Position numbers and translations under genes: made by a program. Shown here piece by piece: positions 27,513-41,170 of a DNA stretch of 64,000 bases (positions are counted from its first letter, which is position 1; each line of letters starts with the position of its first letter). Origin of the DNA: Paragordius varius. Its lineage: Eukaryota > Animalia > Nematomorpha. The notes under the pieces are model-generated. The model was not told the origin of the DNA, ran no database searches, and saw only the letters and a program-made list of their open reading frames with translations. The stretch covers positions 14,074,001-14,138,000 of the forward strand of contig OZ176051.1 of NCBI GenBank assembly GCA_964247055.1. The letters run 5' to 3'.

Positions 27513-30360
27513 TCAAGGTAATAAGGTAGTGTACAAATAATAAATAATATTGATTCGCTTTTAAATTAATAAAAGCTAGTTTTCATTATTCATTTTCTCC
27601 ATATATTAATAATTGCAAAGTTAGGTTCTGTTCATTCGAATTCATTTGTAATTATATTATGTATTTAATGTAAATGCCATGTAGAGTTATTAGCCATAAA
27701 TTTCCCTATTTGAGTGAGCCATGTGCCGACAGATTCCCATATGTCCTCCTATATATATCTAAGATGTTGAGGTTTTCTTGAATTTTATAGCTATTAACCC
27801 ATAAAAAATTTTATTCATAGGCAGGTTATTTTATCCATTTAAGCCGGTGCTTTACTATATTTCAACTCAAAAATTCGCATGGCTCTGAGTCCCCAAACAG
27901 AAATTTGAGAATGCGATTGGTATACAATTAATCACATCAAAACATTCAAAGTAATACTGCATCTCTTAGTTGCGCCTATATTAATTGTTTTAATAGAAAA
28001 CATGGTAACAATTGACCATATCACGGTAATGGCATTGCCAAGGTACTTTAACCTACACTGGATATGAATCATTGGGACCAAAATTGTAATATATACAAAA
28101 TATATCCAAAAAAAGCTGATAGAAAAGAAATATACCTGAGCATGTAGCACATCCTGAGAAATCAACATCGTATATGTATCCTGGAGCACAAATAGGAGAG
28201 CCGCAGTCATTAGTTGAACTACAAGAGCAATTGCATAATGTAATGTCATAAGTGTCACAATATGCTGTGCATGTTTGTGTGCATTCCAATGCTAATTGTA
28301 TTTAAGAAAAATATTCAAATGGGTTATTTCCAATTTAACAATTTTGAGAACCAATAATTAGCGTAAAAAATAAATCGATAGCCAGAATTTATTAATTAGC
28401 CAATATGTCATACGTCCTCATTAAATTTAAATGCCAATAAATGTTACACATGCTTTACAAAACTTTATTAAGTTGGAGTGCAACTAATTGAATATATTCA
28501 TTAAAGTTAAATAAATAGTTGGGTATTTTATTATAAATTGAAAATTTATTTTATGGATTATTCATATTCTCAATTAGCATTCAAATATCTTTTTTCCTTT
28601 TGGAAATACAAAAATCAAAATTTTGTCAATGTCAATAACGGGGAGGAGCTGGCCTTCATGCCATTTTAATTGAAACCATTTATTATGCGGGGATTTGGCC
28701 TTTACTGGGTTTTATAGTACTAGAATAATGATTATTTGTTATAGGACTGCAATAAAATTAATATGGTCGCATTCGCAAACATGCTTGAAAAGTACCTTCC
28801 GGTCGGTCTTCTGAGGGAATTGCTTTAGCCAACATTTTTATTGCCCATAAACGTATATATTTAGAGAGAGAGAAGCTGTTTTTTAGGCTTTACCGGATTC
28901 AACCGGTAAATAATTATGAATGCATGCCATGACTATGATCGTTTTTAGATATTTTAATCATATATTTATCATTGGATTTATATCTCAATAATGCTACGGA
29001 TTACGAGTAGCCAAAACATTCGCCGATTTTATCAACTTACTTTATATTGGGTGATGTGAATGCTTTTGACCATAAATGAGTGCATGGAACCTATTATTTT
29101 ATGATTGATTTATAAACATTTAGGATTATTTTAGCTAAGTTTACGTAATCAATCATTAGAACTTTATATTGCTATAATAATACTTTTTTCGGTCTACCTT
29201 ATAAATTTTATAGAGTTTACTATCCAATAAAAAGTTCCGCTATTTGTATGCAATAAACCACAACTCTTCACTGTGTTTTGTAGTTTCGTTAACTAAATAA
29301 TTCCAATCCAAATTGAAATAATTTTATGTTAAAGCATTATCAATTTAAAATCAGCTATATATTGTACTATCATGATGGAGTCAAACAATAAAAAAATTGA
29401 AAATTAAGACGATTACGCAATTATTGAAAATATTATACTGTATCCCTATCATTAACTAATATTCTTTATTTTATGTTAAAAATAACCCAAACTTTCAATT
29501 ACACAACTTATTTGTTAATAATTTTCGACTCGCTCTATCACAGGATATTATATATCGGTTGTATCATTTTTTAACTCAATGGGTAAAATCTAAAATTTGA
29601 ATTCAACATTTGGTAAAACTTTGAGAATAAGAAAATTTTATTTTTTGATTAAATTCAATATTTTCAGATATAGAACATTGATTTATTAGTGATCAAACTT
29701 AACTTATTGGCATACGAGTTTTCAATTCAACTCTTATAAGGCTATAGAACAGAAATCCTATAAATGTTTTGCGGGGCATTTTAAATATGGGTTATTTTTT
29801 ATTTTTTAAAACATAGACAGTGAAACGAATGGCAAAGATATTAAGTTTAGACGACTGTTTTAATACATATTAATTTCTTTGATGTGAGTAAATTTTTAAA
29901 CGGATAATGTCCTGGTTTTTGCAGCATGTTTAACACTCTGCCATCTATAGTGCAACGAAATTTTTTTATTTGAATTCAAAATATTTTTTGCTCCTTTACA
30001 TGGATCATCATTATAAGCAGATATTAATAAATAAAACAGCGTTAATTTCGACCTTTAGAAAAACAAATATATTTAAATCATTTTTTAGGGAATATAATTT
30101 AAATTATTAATATAAAGATAAGCCATAAATAAACCTTAAAAATATAATGCATTTATCATTTATTAGTTGGATATTTTTCTAATACCCTTATTATCAGCGG
30201 TATAGATAATATTTGATTTTTTTATTGAAAATTACTTTTATAAATATTTGAAGTTAAAAGTAGTAAAATTACTTTTTCGCCCAAACATCATTCCATCGTA
30301 GCTAGTTTTCATAGGTAAGCTTATCCATATAACTATTAATAAGTGCCGTACATAAATCAT
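26474..30360 (-). CDS. Putative secreted Cys-rich / mucin-stalk / polybasic-tail protein, paralogue 1 (240 aa, intact)
   Basis: complement(join(30273-30360, 28136-28291, 26943-27188, 26657-26842, 26474-26520)) = 723 nt. All introns are GT-AG and phase 1, with an open frame throughout. Protein: MIYVRHLLIVIWISLPMKTSYDGMMFGRK-TLECTQTCTAYCDTYDITLCNCSCSSTNDCGSPICAPGYIYDVDFSGCATCS-(T/P/S stalk)-VTRIVSRARFTRLFSTRARTRR...LPKRRTTTRQRRRQTLKN*. Every exon and splice site has a homologue in the two other copies. Confidence 0.8.
28850..29300 (+). mobile_element. piggyBac-like transposase remnant in intron 1 of paralogue 1
   Basis: Degenerate M..RF..I motif (~28930-28955) and LTINECMEP (~29065-29092, compare piggyBac T(I/V)DExMxP); heavily decayed. 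Confidence 0.4.
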
Positions 30361-30466
30361 TGAAAAATGTAAATTTTGATAATTATAAAAATAAAATAAA
30401 AAAAAACAATTTTTTCCTTAAATTTTTTGGACACAAATCTAATTATTTTGCCAATATAGTATCTTA

Positions 30467-30540
30467 TGACCTACTGTTTATTTTAGCGTTAAGGCATCAA
30501 TCATATATATCAACACAAACAGTAAAAAACATCAAGGTTA
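30467..30540 (-). promoter_or_regulatory. Conserved upstream motif pair of paralogue 1 (TCAAGGTTA plus AGTAGGTCA; nuclear-receptor half-site-like)
   Basis: TCAAGGTTA is at 30532-30540 and TGACCT (AGGTCA on the gene strand) at 30467-30472. Order, orientation and ~65-bp spacing match paralogue 3. Confidence 0.4.
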
Positions 30541-30730
30541 AGTTGTGCCTTAAGCATTTAGTAATCAATTAATAATAGTAAAAATAGGTACATATTATTT
30601 CTTGATTTTTTGATATCATATATTACAAATAATTTCTTGTTATTTGTTTTAGCCAATCGATTATATTAAACTAAATATTAAATATTAGATTGGTAAAGAT
30701 TTTGTATGCTTCCTTAAAAAATACATAAAG

Positions 30731-30766
<36 letters not shown>

Positions 30767-30899
30767 CCAAATTAGTAGCACTATACATCCATTTTCTTTA
30801 AATTAAATATCCCAAATAAAATAATATTATCCAAGTAAATCAGGTATTAAGTCCATATTATAAATAATTGGATGTTTTTTGTGTTAAGCTATTGTTATA

Positions 30900-32400
30900 A
30901 TCTGAAAGATATACTTTGTTTTTATATCATAATTTTCTGTGTTACATGCAAATGTGAAATACATACCTTGGTTGTATATCATATCACCGTTATTTGAATT
31001 GTATTATTTTCATATTTTTTGTGTACTATGTAAATATTATATCCTTTGTTACTTGAAATTTTATTGATATAATGCAAATTATGTACAACTAAAATTAGTA
31101 TATATAAACCCCAAAAACACCGAATAAATTCATTTCACATTTCTTATATTATCTCCTCATCTTTACAAGATAACAGCTATGCATCTGTTAGCGTTTAATT
31201 TCTAATCATTTTTTGTCATCTCCATCTTCTGCTATACATTGTTATATCCTAACTTCTCTGATAATAGTTGAAATTGTCTTTTGAGTAATGTGCTATATTT
31301 TGTTTATGGGTGGCATGCATCCCTGCTTCAAACATGTATAATCTTAAATTTGTCTAGCTCCCCAACAGTAATTAAAGAAGCATTTTTATAGATGCACATA
31401 TATTTTTTCTGATCGGCCATATGAATTGCATTATTGGTGAGTGCGATTGCACTTTATTGTATAGAGACCTATATCAGTGGTAATTTTTAAAAGGGATTTT
31501 AGGTAATTTTTTTTACCTAATCTGTCCATATATTTATTATATATCATATGTAGTATACCTGTTTTTTAGGTAAAAACATCCAATTTTGAAAGGAGATTAA
31601 TTATATATATCACAATGGCGTATACACATTACGCCCATTTCTCATATAATATATTGATTCCATCACACAAAAACCGATTGTCTTTTGCGGTAATCTTTGT
31701 TAAGCTTATTCCAACGTTTTAAAATAAGGCTGCATTGTGAGGGTGACCTTTGATGCGAAGTTGTATGAGTCAAATGATAAAATCACGAAATTTGGAAGCG
31801 GAAAAATATATCGTTTTTAAGGTGTATTTCATTAGGTTTGCTGTGCGAGACAATTCGTAATTGCGTGTAAATTTGGTATAAAACGTTTTTAAAAATTAAT
31901 GATTTCTAAAAAATCGGATTTCGGTTATATTTGATGACGGACATTTTAAATGGCTAATTTTTGATTGGTTTAAATACCTTCAACAATGAACTTCACCTTG
32001 TAAATTGTGATAGGAGTCGCTCCTTGCACAATCGGATTGCGGCTTGTCTGCTTCACAGTGTTTTATCACTCATCTTTTTTAGCATTTAATACTAACACCT
32101 CTTTTATATTAAAACATTTCCAACCAATCCCAAGAGTTAGTCTATACATCTTTGAGTCTTTGAAGCGGAGGTTATGATGAGTTTTCGGTATCTTGTGGGT
32201 AGTAATATCAAGAAAGTGACGATTAGTAAATAAGGAACTGTGAATAGGCGTCTTTTAATTTCAAAGTCAAAAATATCACCTCCCTACCTTAGTCATTAAA
32301 ATTAAAAATATGACGAATGGATTAAAAATATAATATTTATTGGCATTATTTCGTGCACGGCCCTTGAGATAAGAAAATTTATATTTACCATTTCTAAATT
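30900..32400 (-). mobile_element. Ty3/Gypsy pol remnant, inverted relative of 22300-23950
   Basis: 31830-32370 is a reverse-complement homologue of 22260-22760 (gggccgtgcacgaaataatgccaataaat, ccgcttcaaaga, caatccg.attgtgcaaggagcgact, gaaatccgatttttt). An integrase-like C..IC motif lies near 30945-30975. Confidence 0.6.
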
Positions 32401-33055
32401 TTTGTGAGTATCACTGCATAAAATGAAGAAAAGAATATAAATGTTTTAAAATTAAATTACTATTAAATAGTAATATAAATCAATAAAAATTATAATAATG
32501 TATTTTTCAATAATACAACGATAAAAATTTATCCATCATTACTAAAATTAAATGAATAATTAATAAAAGCCTGAAATGAAAATAATTTTTGAAAAAAATT
32601 TTGTTGAAATGCGTTTGAAGTTTTTTAGATTAGGTATAATATAAATTATAATAAACTTGTTAAAAATGATGATAGCATCTTTATTTTTACTATAAATATT
32701 CTAACATTATTTTGTTGAATGGAAAATGTCAACTAATTTTTTGAAAAACTTTACAGATATGTTATTAAACAAATTATATCACTAGTTTGCTACATAATTT
32801 GGCTTAATAGCATTTTTTATTTAATTTATTCTGATAAAAAAAATTTCAGGTATCATATAAACTTAAAACAGCAAAAATAATGCCAATCTATTATTTTATT
32901 TTAGTATGAGATATTTTACATGCTTAGGCAAAATTTTAAAAAAAATCATTATTTATATATATATATATAAAGTTTACAATTGGTAAAACCTATTACTTAA
33001 GGGACCTTGATACCTTTTGGAAGCTAAAACATTTGATTTATGGAACATTATAAAC

Positions 33056-34659
33056 CAGGGCTTCTTAAACTTTGTAATTCCGGACCCCATTTATGAATGC
33101 GAATTTCTTAACGACCCCAAATATAAAAGAAAAATAAATTAATATTCTTTGATGATATATTTATTAGGTAACAATATACATATCCATATGAAAATATATA
33201 AATTTAGAATTCGTTTTGAAACATATAAAAATCTGAAATTAAAATTTGAATAAAATGTTATAGAAATGTTATTATAGCTTCAAAAACAAAAGTGGATTAT
33301 GCCGTGTTAATTTCTCCATATTCAAGTTGCGTGGTAAATATTTACATTAAAAATTAATGAGATGGGTGTGCCTGTTTTTTATTGCATATATCAAATCTTG
33401 TAATGTTTGAAAATGCGGGACTTAAGACCTCTTCAACATTTTTTATCGCTGAACTATATTGTGATTCATAAATATGTGGTGTTGAATGGCCGAAGTACAT
33501 TTAACGCCATATCGGCGATTGTGGGAAATTCAGTTCTAGTTCCGATCCAGAATTAAGTCAATTGGGAATTGTATTGAGTTTGAGTCACACTAAAGCTCAA
33601 CAAATTCGCTTGAGCTTTAAATGACAGATGATCAATCTCACTTAAGCCAATCGAAAACGGCTTTGAATCCAAATTTTTTGTCAATCAATATTTAATATAA
33701 AATATTTCCGGAACTGTATTTCTAGCGCTTTTAAGTGATCTACAATAGTTTTTGCAATGAAATTTACTACAATTTTCTTAATTATAAAATTGTCGACACT
33801 GGAAAACATTTCGGATGAATTTTTTCGACCCTACTTTTTCAAATGCTATTTTTTATAAAACTTTCTATTTTATCGTTTGAAGTAAATATATCGCAATTTC
33901 CTTGTTGAGACAAATTATGATCGTTTAACTTCGCAAAAATATCTAAAAAATAACCTTGGATAGCCACAAGCCAATTTGAAAAAAAGCAGCAAATTCACAT
34001 TTTCGTTCAGTTAAAAACATTTCGATCTCCTCCTTTAATAACAATAATCTTTTTAAACTCTGACCTCTTGACAACCATCTTACTTCTGCATATAATAACA
34101 AACTTGTGTAATTTGAATCCGTATCCTTACAGAAATTTGAAAATAAGCAACTTTAAAGGGCATGGCTCCTAATAAAATTTATAACCTTACAGATTCTATA
34201 AACTTGTGAAATTATTACCAAATTAATATGTTAGTGCCATACTATTTATTAAAAACACAATAAACAAAAAATCATAAAAAATTAAATTTCTCGGCAACTT
34301 GTATTTTATATAGTATCTTCGCAATAACATTCAAAAATTTTGTTGATAATATTTATCAGGATTATTTCGATTTTAAGAGATTGACAAAAATTAATCTACC
34401 TTTTTTATAAATTTTTATAACATCTTCTGATTCATATTAAATTTATACAAGATATTATAAGGATCGGAATAGAAATGCTGGTATAAATAGTCTATCCGAA
34501 CCAGAAGATTTTATGTTTTACGATGATATTTATCTTTATAACAATAATTATACTAGTTAAAAAACATTTTTTGTTAAATTTTATTTTTATCACTCGCGAC
34601 TCCATAATTTTGCTAGGCGACCCCAAATGGGGTCGCGACCCATAGTTTAAGAACGCCTG
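33056..34659 (-). mobile_element. hAT Buster/Charlie-family DNA transposon, internally deleted and non-autonomous
   Basis: 16-bp TIRs CAGGGCTTCTTAAACT / reverse complement CAGGCGTTCTTAAACT, flanked by (t)tataaac on both sides (7 of the 8-bp TSD, NNNTANNN type). The minus strand gives DIFAKLNDHNLSQQGN and the family-typical ending KQAHPSH*. Confidence 0.85.
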
Positions 34660-35559
34660 TATAAACTATAATTAGGTCATTTGATTATATTTTGGCAAAT
34701 CAGTATAGTTTATATAAAAAATACAATATGAAAAAATACTTTGTTTTTTTGTTTTTATCAAAAAAAATTTATAATATTTTTTAATATCGTCATTTATATG
34801 TATTTACTTTTTAATGGTTTGAATTTGGAACGTTTTAATCGTTGTATATATAAGCCTAGTTGAGAAAAGCAGCCACAATGGGATCATGTTTGGAAGAAAA
34901 AGTAAATTTAAACTTATACTCTGTAAATAATATTTTTTTTAATTTTTTATTAAAGTTTACCATATATGAATTCGATTGCAATCTGAACGTAAATTTATCG
35001 AAAATTAATAAGGTCAATAATTTAATAACATATAATAAAAATTAAAACACTATGAGACATTTATATCATATTAATATAAATTAATTAGGTAATTTTTGTA
35101 GAATTTATCAGATAATGTATTTTTTAATGAGCGAATTAAATAAATTAAATAATTATGACACAGTACGTACAAAAAATATCTTATAAAAAAATATTTATCC
35201 TAATGATAAAATATAAAAATTCTTATGGTACTTTTGGATATGAGATCTACAAGTCATTTAAAATATTTACAATTTTATAAAGGCTCCATATCGAAAACCG
35301 CATATGCTAGACAATTTTTCTGGGGAAAATATGAATATTTGAATAATCATAGTATGGGCAAGGTAAGATGTGTATAAGCTAATGGACAATATTTTTAATA
35401 TATTTTCTATGAAATCACGTATTATTATTATTATTATTATTCTTATTATTATTATTATTATTATTAAAAAAGTAAACTTTTAACAGCTGTACAATTTAAA
35501 ATTTGAAAAAATGAGGCTGAATTATCATAAGCCCATACCCATTATCTGTATACGAAGTT

Positions 35560-36300
35560 ACAGCTTAACATAACGACCATAAAAATTTATAGATTAGCAC
35601 ACTGGTTCTCACCAACAAATATTCCATAGCTATTTGACACATATGCACAATGAATTTCGATCGCATGTAAATCCAGAAAACTCGTTTTGCACCATTTAGT
35701 TTAAAAATATTTTGATAACAACATTTAATTTGATATTGACCAATAATTTTTGACAAATTTGGCCTCATGACAGGCCCATTTGTACGCCGTCCAATGATCA
35801 ATGCGATTTCTGTATGTATACTAAGATACTTCATTTTTGAATATGCCGTCTCACACGTGTAAGTTGAGGGAAAAACAGTTAGGATAACTTGAGCACATTT
35901 TTTATATATTCATATTTATTTGGCACATGCCAAAACTCAACATATCTTTTTTCTCTATAATTTTCCTTGAATTTAGCCTCCAAATTGGAATGATTGTATA
36001 ATATGCGAATTCTTCAATGATATGAGCCTGATCAAAACCGATATGCTCAAGTTGCTTAATATTGAAATCCATATGCCATGGATTTTCAACGAATTTTATG
36101 CAATTTTTAATATTTCTTAATAGCTGAATTTCATCTCATTAGATAAAAATGTTAAATGATTGTCTTATTAAATTAATCTACGTGGTAATTTTCATATTTC
36201 CTTCATAAGTCGTTTTAAGTGTTGAAAAATACTTGTTTATATATTATTTTCTTAAAAAGCAAATATTTGATTAGCAAATTGGGTTATATTTTGCTCCCTT
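35560..36300 (-). mobile_element. Possible highly decayed non-LTR RT fragment
   Basis: Only weak resemblance to RT (KYLSIHTEIALI where LxYADDxAL is expected); no intact motif. Confidence 0.25.
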
Positions 36301-39300
36301 GAAAACTTGTATTAAAAATACTATATTTACAAGTAATGTCGCAAAAGGTTAACAAAACACAACATTTATCACTATTAATTCCTTATTAAACTAATAGAAT
36401 TTCATGTCTTAAAACAAAAAATCTATTTATTACTTTGCTAAGGCTCAGACATCTCAGGTGAAAGAATATCTCAAACTCAAGTTATCTTTCAGATATACAC
36501 AACCGTTTTAATTACTGATTGAGTGATTCATTTTTTACATGCGAAACCAAGTTTTGATGATGAATAAAGCAATGAAAGGATAATATTTTGCACATTATAT
36601 TTTAGAAGAAGAATAAATCCTTTGGTTATTCCAATCATAGAGAGACAGCCATCTGTGCAGATTGCAACCATTTTTTTTTTATAGAAATACCATTATTATC
36701 GAAAAAAGTGCTAATTATTTAGGAAAATCTTCTTTTCGTGGTATTAATATAGCGAATTTCATGCGAAGCGAATGATTAGGACAAAGCTATGGACACAATA
36801 GTTTTTTTTATGGTATGATTGCTTAATACTTTTATATGTTTCCCTTCTTTCCTCATTATGTTCTGGTAATTTATAAGAATGATGGATTGTAAAATGTCTT
36901 TCAATATTGTATTTTTTTTATAATTATGTTGTACTTACATATAAGGCAGGTAACAACATTTTTATGTAAAACGACAAGGAATTTTTCTTCTCATTCATTA
37001 TTAGAGTAGCGATATAAAAAACGAAATTTAATGATAGATTCGAAAAATTTTTTATGGGAATTAAAAAAAATGATGCAGGATAGCAATGAAAAGAATTTGT
37101 ATATGCAAGGTTGGGTGAAAGGCTTGCTATTCAAAAAAGGAATGCAATAAAAAATGCAAAGTAGAAAACAAAATAGAATACAACAGAAACGTGTGCCAAA
37201 ATTTTGAAATTATTTTAATGTAGGATAAATTAATAATAAAATGAGCTAAAATTCGTTTATGTGTATTTTAAAAATTCATCAATAAAAAAATAATTTAAGT
37301 ATCAACATGGTCATAAGGCAATTTTAAAGCACTCTTAGGGCCGCATGCGGTCCGCCGGCGGTTAGTACTACTGGATTAGCATAAAAGGATGACACTTAAT
37401 ATTAATTATATTTAACCCTATGTGAAGGTGATTCATACTTTATAAAAATGGTTGCAAGCCAATATTTAATTTTATCTTCTGTAATATATATAAATGCATT
37501 AAATAATTTATCCACTAGTATATTAGCTTAGACCCATATTCACATAAAACAATTTCTATTCCCAATCGCAAAATTATTTCTGAAAGCTGGTGTAGAATCA
37601 TATAACATTCAGGATTAAGTTATCAATGACCTTACTTATTGAATTTATTTTAACAAAAAATATTTTTTAGCATAGGATAAACTGCAAATTATTTTATGAC
37701 TGATGATACTAAATTTAATAATATATAAGAGAAAAATACAGTTTTAATAAAATATACTATAATACGAATTAGTAACCAGACAATGATAGTTTTAATATTA
37801 TCATTATTAATTTCTTAAATTAATCCATTATAATTGACTGTTCCTTGAAATTATCTATATACTTTGTCATTTATAATTATATTATTTTTGTGATGGATAA
37901 AAGAAATTTTAAAGAGAACATATGATTTTAAAATATAGCTCTCAAATTATTTTTTAAGCTAATTATTTATCGAATGTCAAAGTGAAAATAACCCAAGTAT
38001 TTCTTTTGATAAAATTAGCACTGCAATGTACACACATATGCACAACGTATTGCAACACTTATGACGTTTCATTATGCAATTGTTCTTGCAGTTCAAGTAA
38101 CTTGTGTGAAGCTCCAACATGTGCTTCAGGATTTGTTTACCAATTTAATTCATTTGGGTGCACTACATGCTCAAGTATTTTTTCCTTAGACGAAATAATG
38201 TGATAATTTGCTTATTTTAGTATATTTGATAAAATCTTGGTCCTATTGACTTAACTTTAATTTAAATGTAAGTATCACCCCAATTCCATACTGTAATATA
38301 TTGATAATTATAAAGATTCATGTTCATGCCAATTTTGTCCGAGATATATATTAAGTTAGTAGCCAGTGAATCCACATTTCCATAGAGTACTTCATATATT
38401 AGAATGTTCGAATATAAATAAGTGTATGCTAATCGCATGAACAAAGTATTTGTTTTTAGACTTAAAGCCATATTTATTACCATTAAACCATAAATGATGA
38501 AAAAAATGCTATATTTATTCATGGCTAAATGCCACCATTTTTGCAATAAACTCTCTTCCAGTTGAAAACATAGGAGAAAAATATGGGAGTTTTTAAGTCG
38601 GTTAATATGGCTCATTCAAATATTGATTTTTTATAAGCTCTCCAATTATTTACTGGATTTAAAAGTTTTACATCATACAAACATAATAATTTAACTGTAT
38701 TTATACCGAACTTTATATGTTTATCATCTAGGTTAATAAATGTTTCATAGTTGGATAAAAGTGACGAAAATGTTTTTAATATTATAGGCTTTTAGTAATT
38801 TTTAAGATATCATACCCTGGTCTTTATATTGTAGTTATAGCTATACAAGACAAATACCTTTTCAATTTAAATTTTATTTAATTTATCAAATAAAATATAC
38901 AAAGAAATTATAGTCATTATTTTTAATAAACGGCTGAGTGTAACTGACAGGCTAATTTGAATAGATCTTTTATTACACGATTAGATTAACCACACAAACA
39001 ACATTCGTTATATATTAGTACATTAACCTATTAACTTATCTGTGTACTATTAATATATTATTATAACCTCACCACCACTTGTGAATATTATTATTATTAT
39101 TATACCTTGAGATAATTGTATATAAGCAAACATCTCACCTTGATATATGTGAATACATTAGGCCTAATTATCTTAGATATATATATAGATAGATCATGAT
39201 ATAAACAACCATTTCATATACAACATATAATAAATTTACCGTTACCTTTACTTTGTCGAATATATAAACAGGAAATTATAGTAATTTTTTAATAAACGGC

Positions 39301-40819
39301 TAACTTTTCGAAACTTGATTTTCCAAATATAACTCTTTTAACCTTGTTGGTAACACAATAAATCATAAAATTACAAAATAATATACTATATTTTGTTATC
39401 CCAAACTATGAGATATATGCAAAAACATGAAGGTTTTGAAAATATGTTTGTCTCTTTCAAGAAACATTGTTTATTGTATTTACGTTTGGCCTTTTTCAAA
39501 TTTGACTGTGAATGCTACAGATCCCTCGACTACACTGACTATGCCGTCGACACCTTCAACGCCTTCTACGCCACCTACGACTCCAACAGTTTCCACGACT
39601 CCAACAGCACCAGCTGAGACATTAAGAACATCCCCTTTTACTTCTGATGACGACTAATCTCCTAAACACTCCTATATTGACCAATCCAATTGGCACTAAT
39701 CCTATGCAAACTATACAAACACGACCGCCCGTTACAATGACCACGCCAAAGGGTATGTATAATACTTTGAGAGAAAAAATGGAATTTAATTACCACCTAA
39801 GATGTTGCAATTATTGAATAAAATTTTGGTTATTGAATGAAAATATTTGTTTTATTCAGTTACCGAGGGGCCGTTTTACAAGAACATTTAGCATTAGAGC
39901 TATAACTAAAATAAATAATAAACAAAGCAAAAAACCATGCGAAGAACCCCTCGCATGAGATCAAGAACGCCCCAGCGAAGGACTCGTCGAAAAACAATAA
40001 AAAGAACTCGGCTCCCAAAATGTAAATTATAATAATATAGGCCAAAGTTCTTATCTATTCCTATAGATATACAATAAAGGCACAATTTATAAATCATTAC
40101 AAGTGATTTGTAAAGATAATGAACTGGCCGAGTTTGATCTTTAAAAATTTCCGTCGTTTGCAATATCATTAATTCGAAAGCTAAAAAGTTCGATTAATAA
40201 AATGCAAAGTGCTTTTAAGATTGAGCTAACCTAAATATTAATTTCAAATTTAGCGGTGATGATACAGGATATTGGATATCATATAATAAATAATTTGGCA
40301 CATTTCGTTCATATATATGATTGTATGTATAACACACTCCCATTGTTTGCGTGACTTGATACCAAACTATCTTATAGTTCCTTGTGTTATGTTAGACACT
40401 TGTTAATGGGTAAATATTATATAGGTAATATTTTATGCGAATTAGTAATGAAAATACTAAATTAATTAAAAAATCTATAAAAATTTAAAAATATAGCTTA
40501 AAACTTTATGAGTTCTAATATGTTATTTTTTTATGTTTTTAAGATGATTTACCCATTTATAAACCGACCTAATGGATTTTAGTATGGTTGTAGAAACTTA
40601 TATATTACACATTAGCGTAAATCTCGTGCTACTACGCAGCCCGAGGAAGTCCTTCGGATTTCTGGAGGGTGGGGGGGGGGGATGGGGGGGCTATTTGAAA
40701 AAAGGGACAATAAAATGATCCACATATGTGGATTTTTTCGATATATTATTTAATAGCTATGATCTCATCGGAATTTTAAAACGGTACATTCATACTAATA
40801 TATTGTTTACTTGGGCGAA

Positions 40820-41170
40820 ATAGAATCAAAAAATTATTTTTGTAGACTTTGTTTTTTGAAAAAAATGGCATTTTACGGGAAAAGCGGGTAAAAGGGCCTA
40901 AGTTAAAAAAGTGAGCCGACTATGTTCTGCGCAATCGAAAATAAGTAAACAAAAATCATATTTGAATTGAATGGTCTAACACGTTCTCCGGAAAATTGTC
41001 TCAAAAAAACCCGTTTTTTTACACGAGGTGGGCCCGAATCGGGGACCTAATTTTAATAAAGGGCGAAGCTATTGTCGGGGCATTCATTAGTGATTATATT
41101 TTTTCAATATTTGGATTTGAATGGGTTTACCGGTTTTCCGGAAACAGATCACAAAGCCAGCATTTTCGAT
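40820..41170. mobile_element. Solo terminal arm of the foldback element found at 56228-59014
   Basis: Direct homologue of 58670-59014, ending ttccggaaacagatcacaaagccagc. It is preceded (40615-40695) by a short element whose inverted copy is at 59168-59280. Confidence 0.7.

Noticed and set aside
34820-34822. TGA at codon 3 of paralogue 2 as possible selenocysteine or read-through
   Set aside because: The aligned residues are Tyr and Phe in a signal peptide, and the copy carries independent frameshifts downstream.
37448-37517. Alternative signal-like first exon for paralogue 2 (MVASQYLILSSVIYINAL..., phase-1 donor)
   Set aside because: No homologue upstream of copies 1 and 3, whereas the exon at 34814-34901 is conserved in all three.
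38262-38615. 117-aa antisense ORF nested in intron 2 of paralogue 2, overlapping a block conserved in all three introns
   Set aside because: The homologous blocks (~27715-27770 and ~54465-54525) differ by frameshifting indels and early stops, so this is residual non-coding homology from the duplication.
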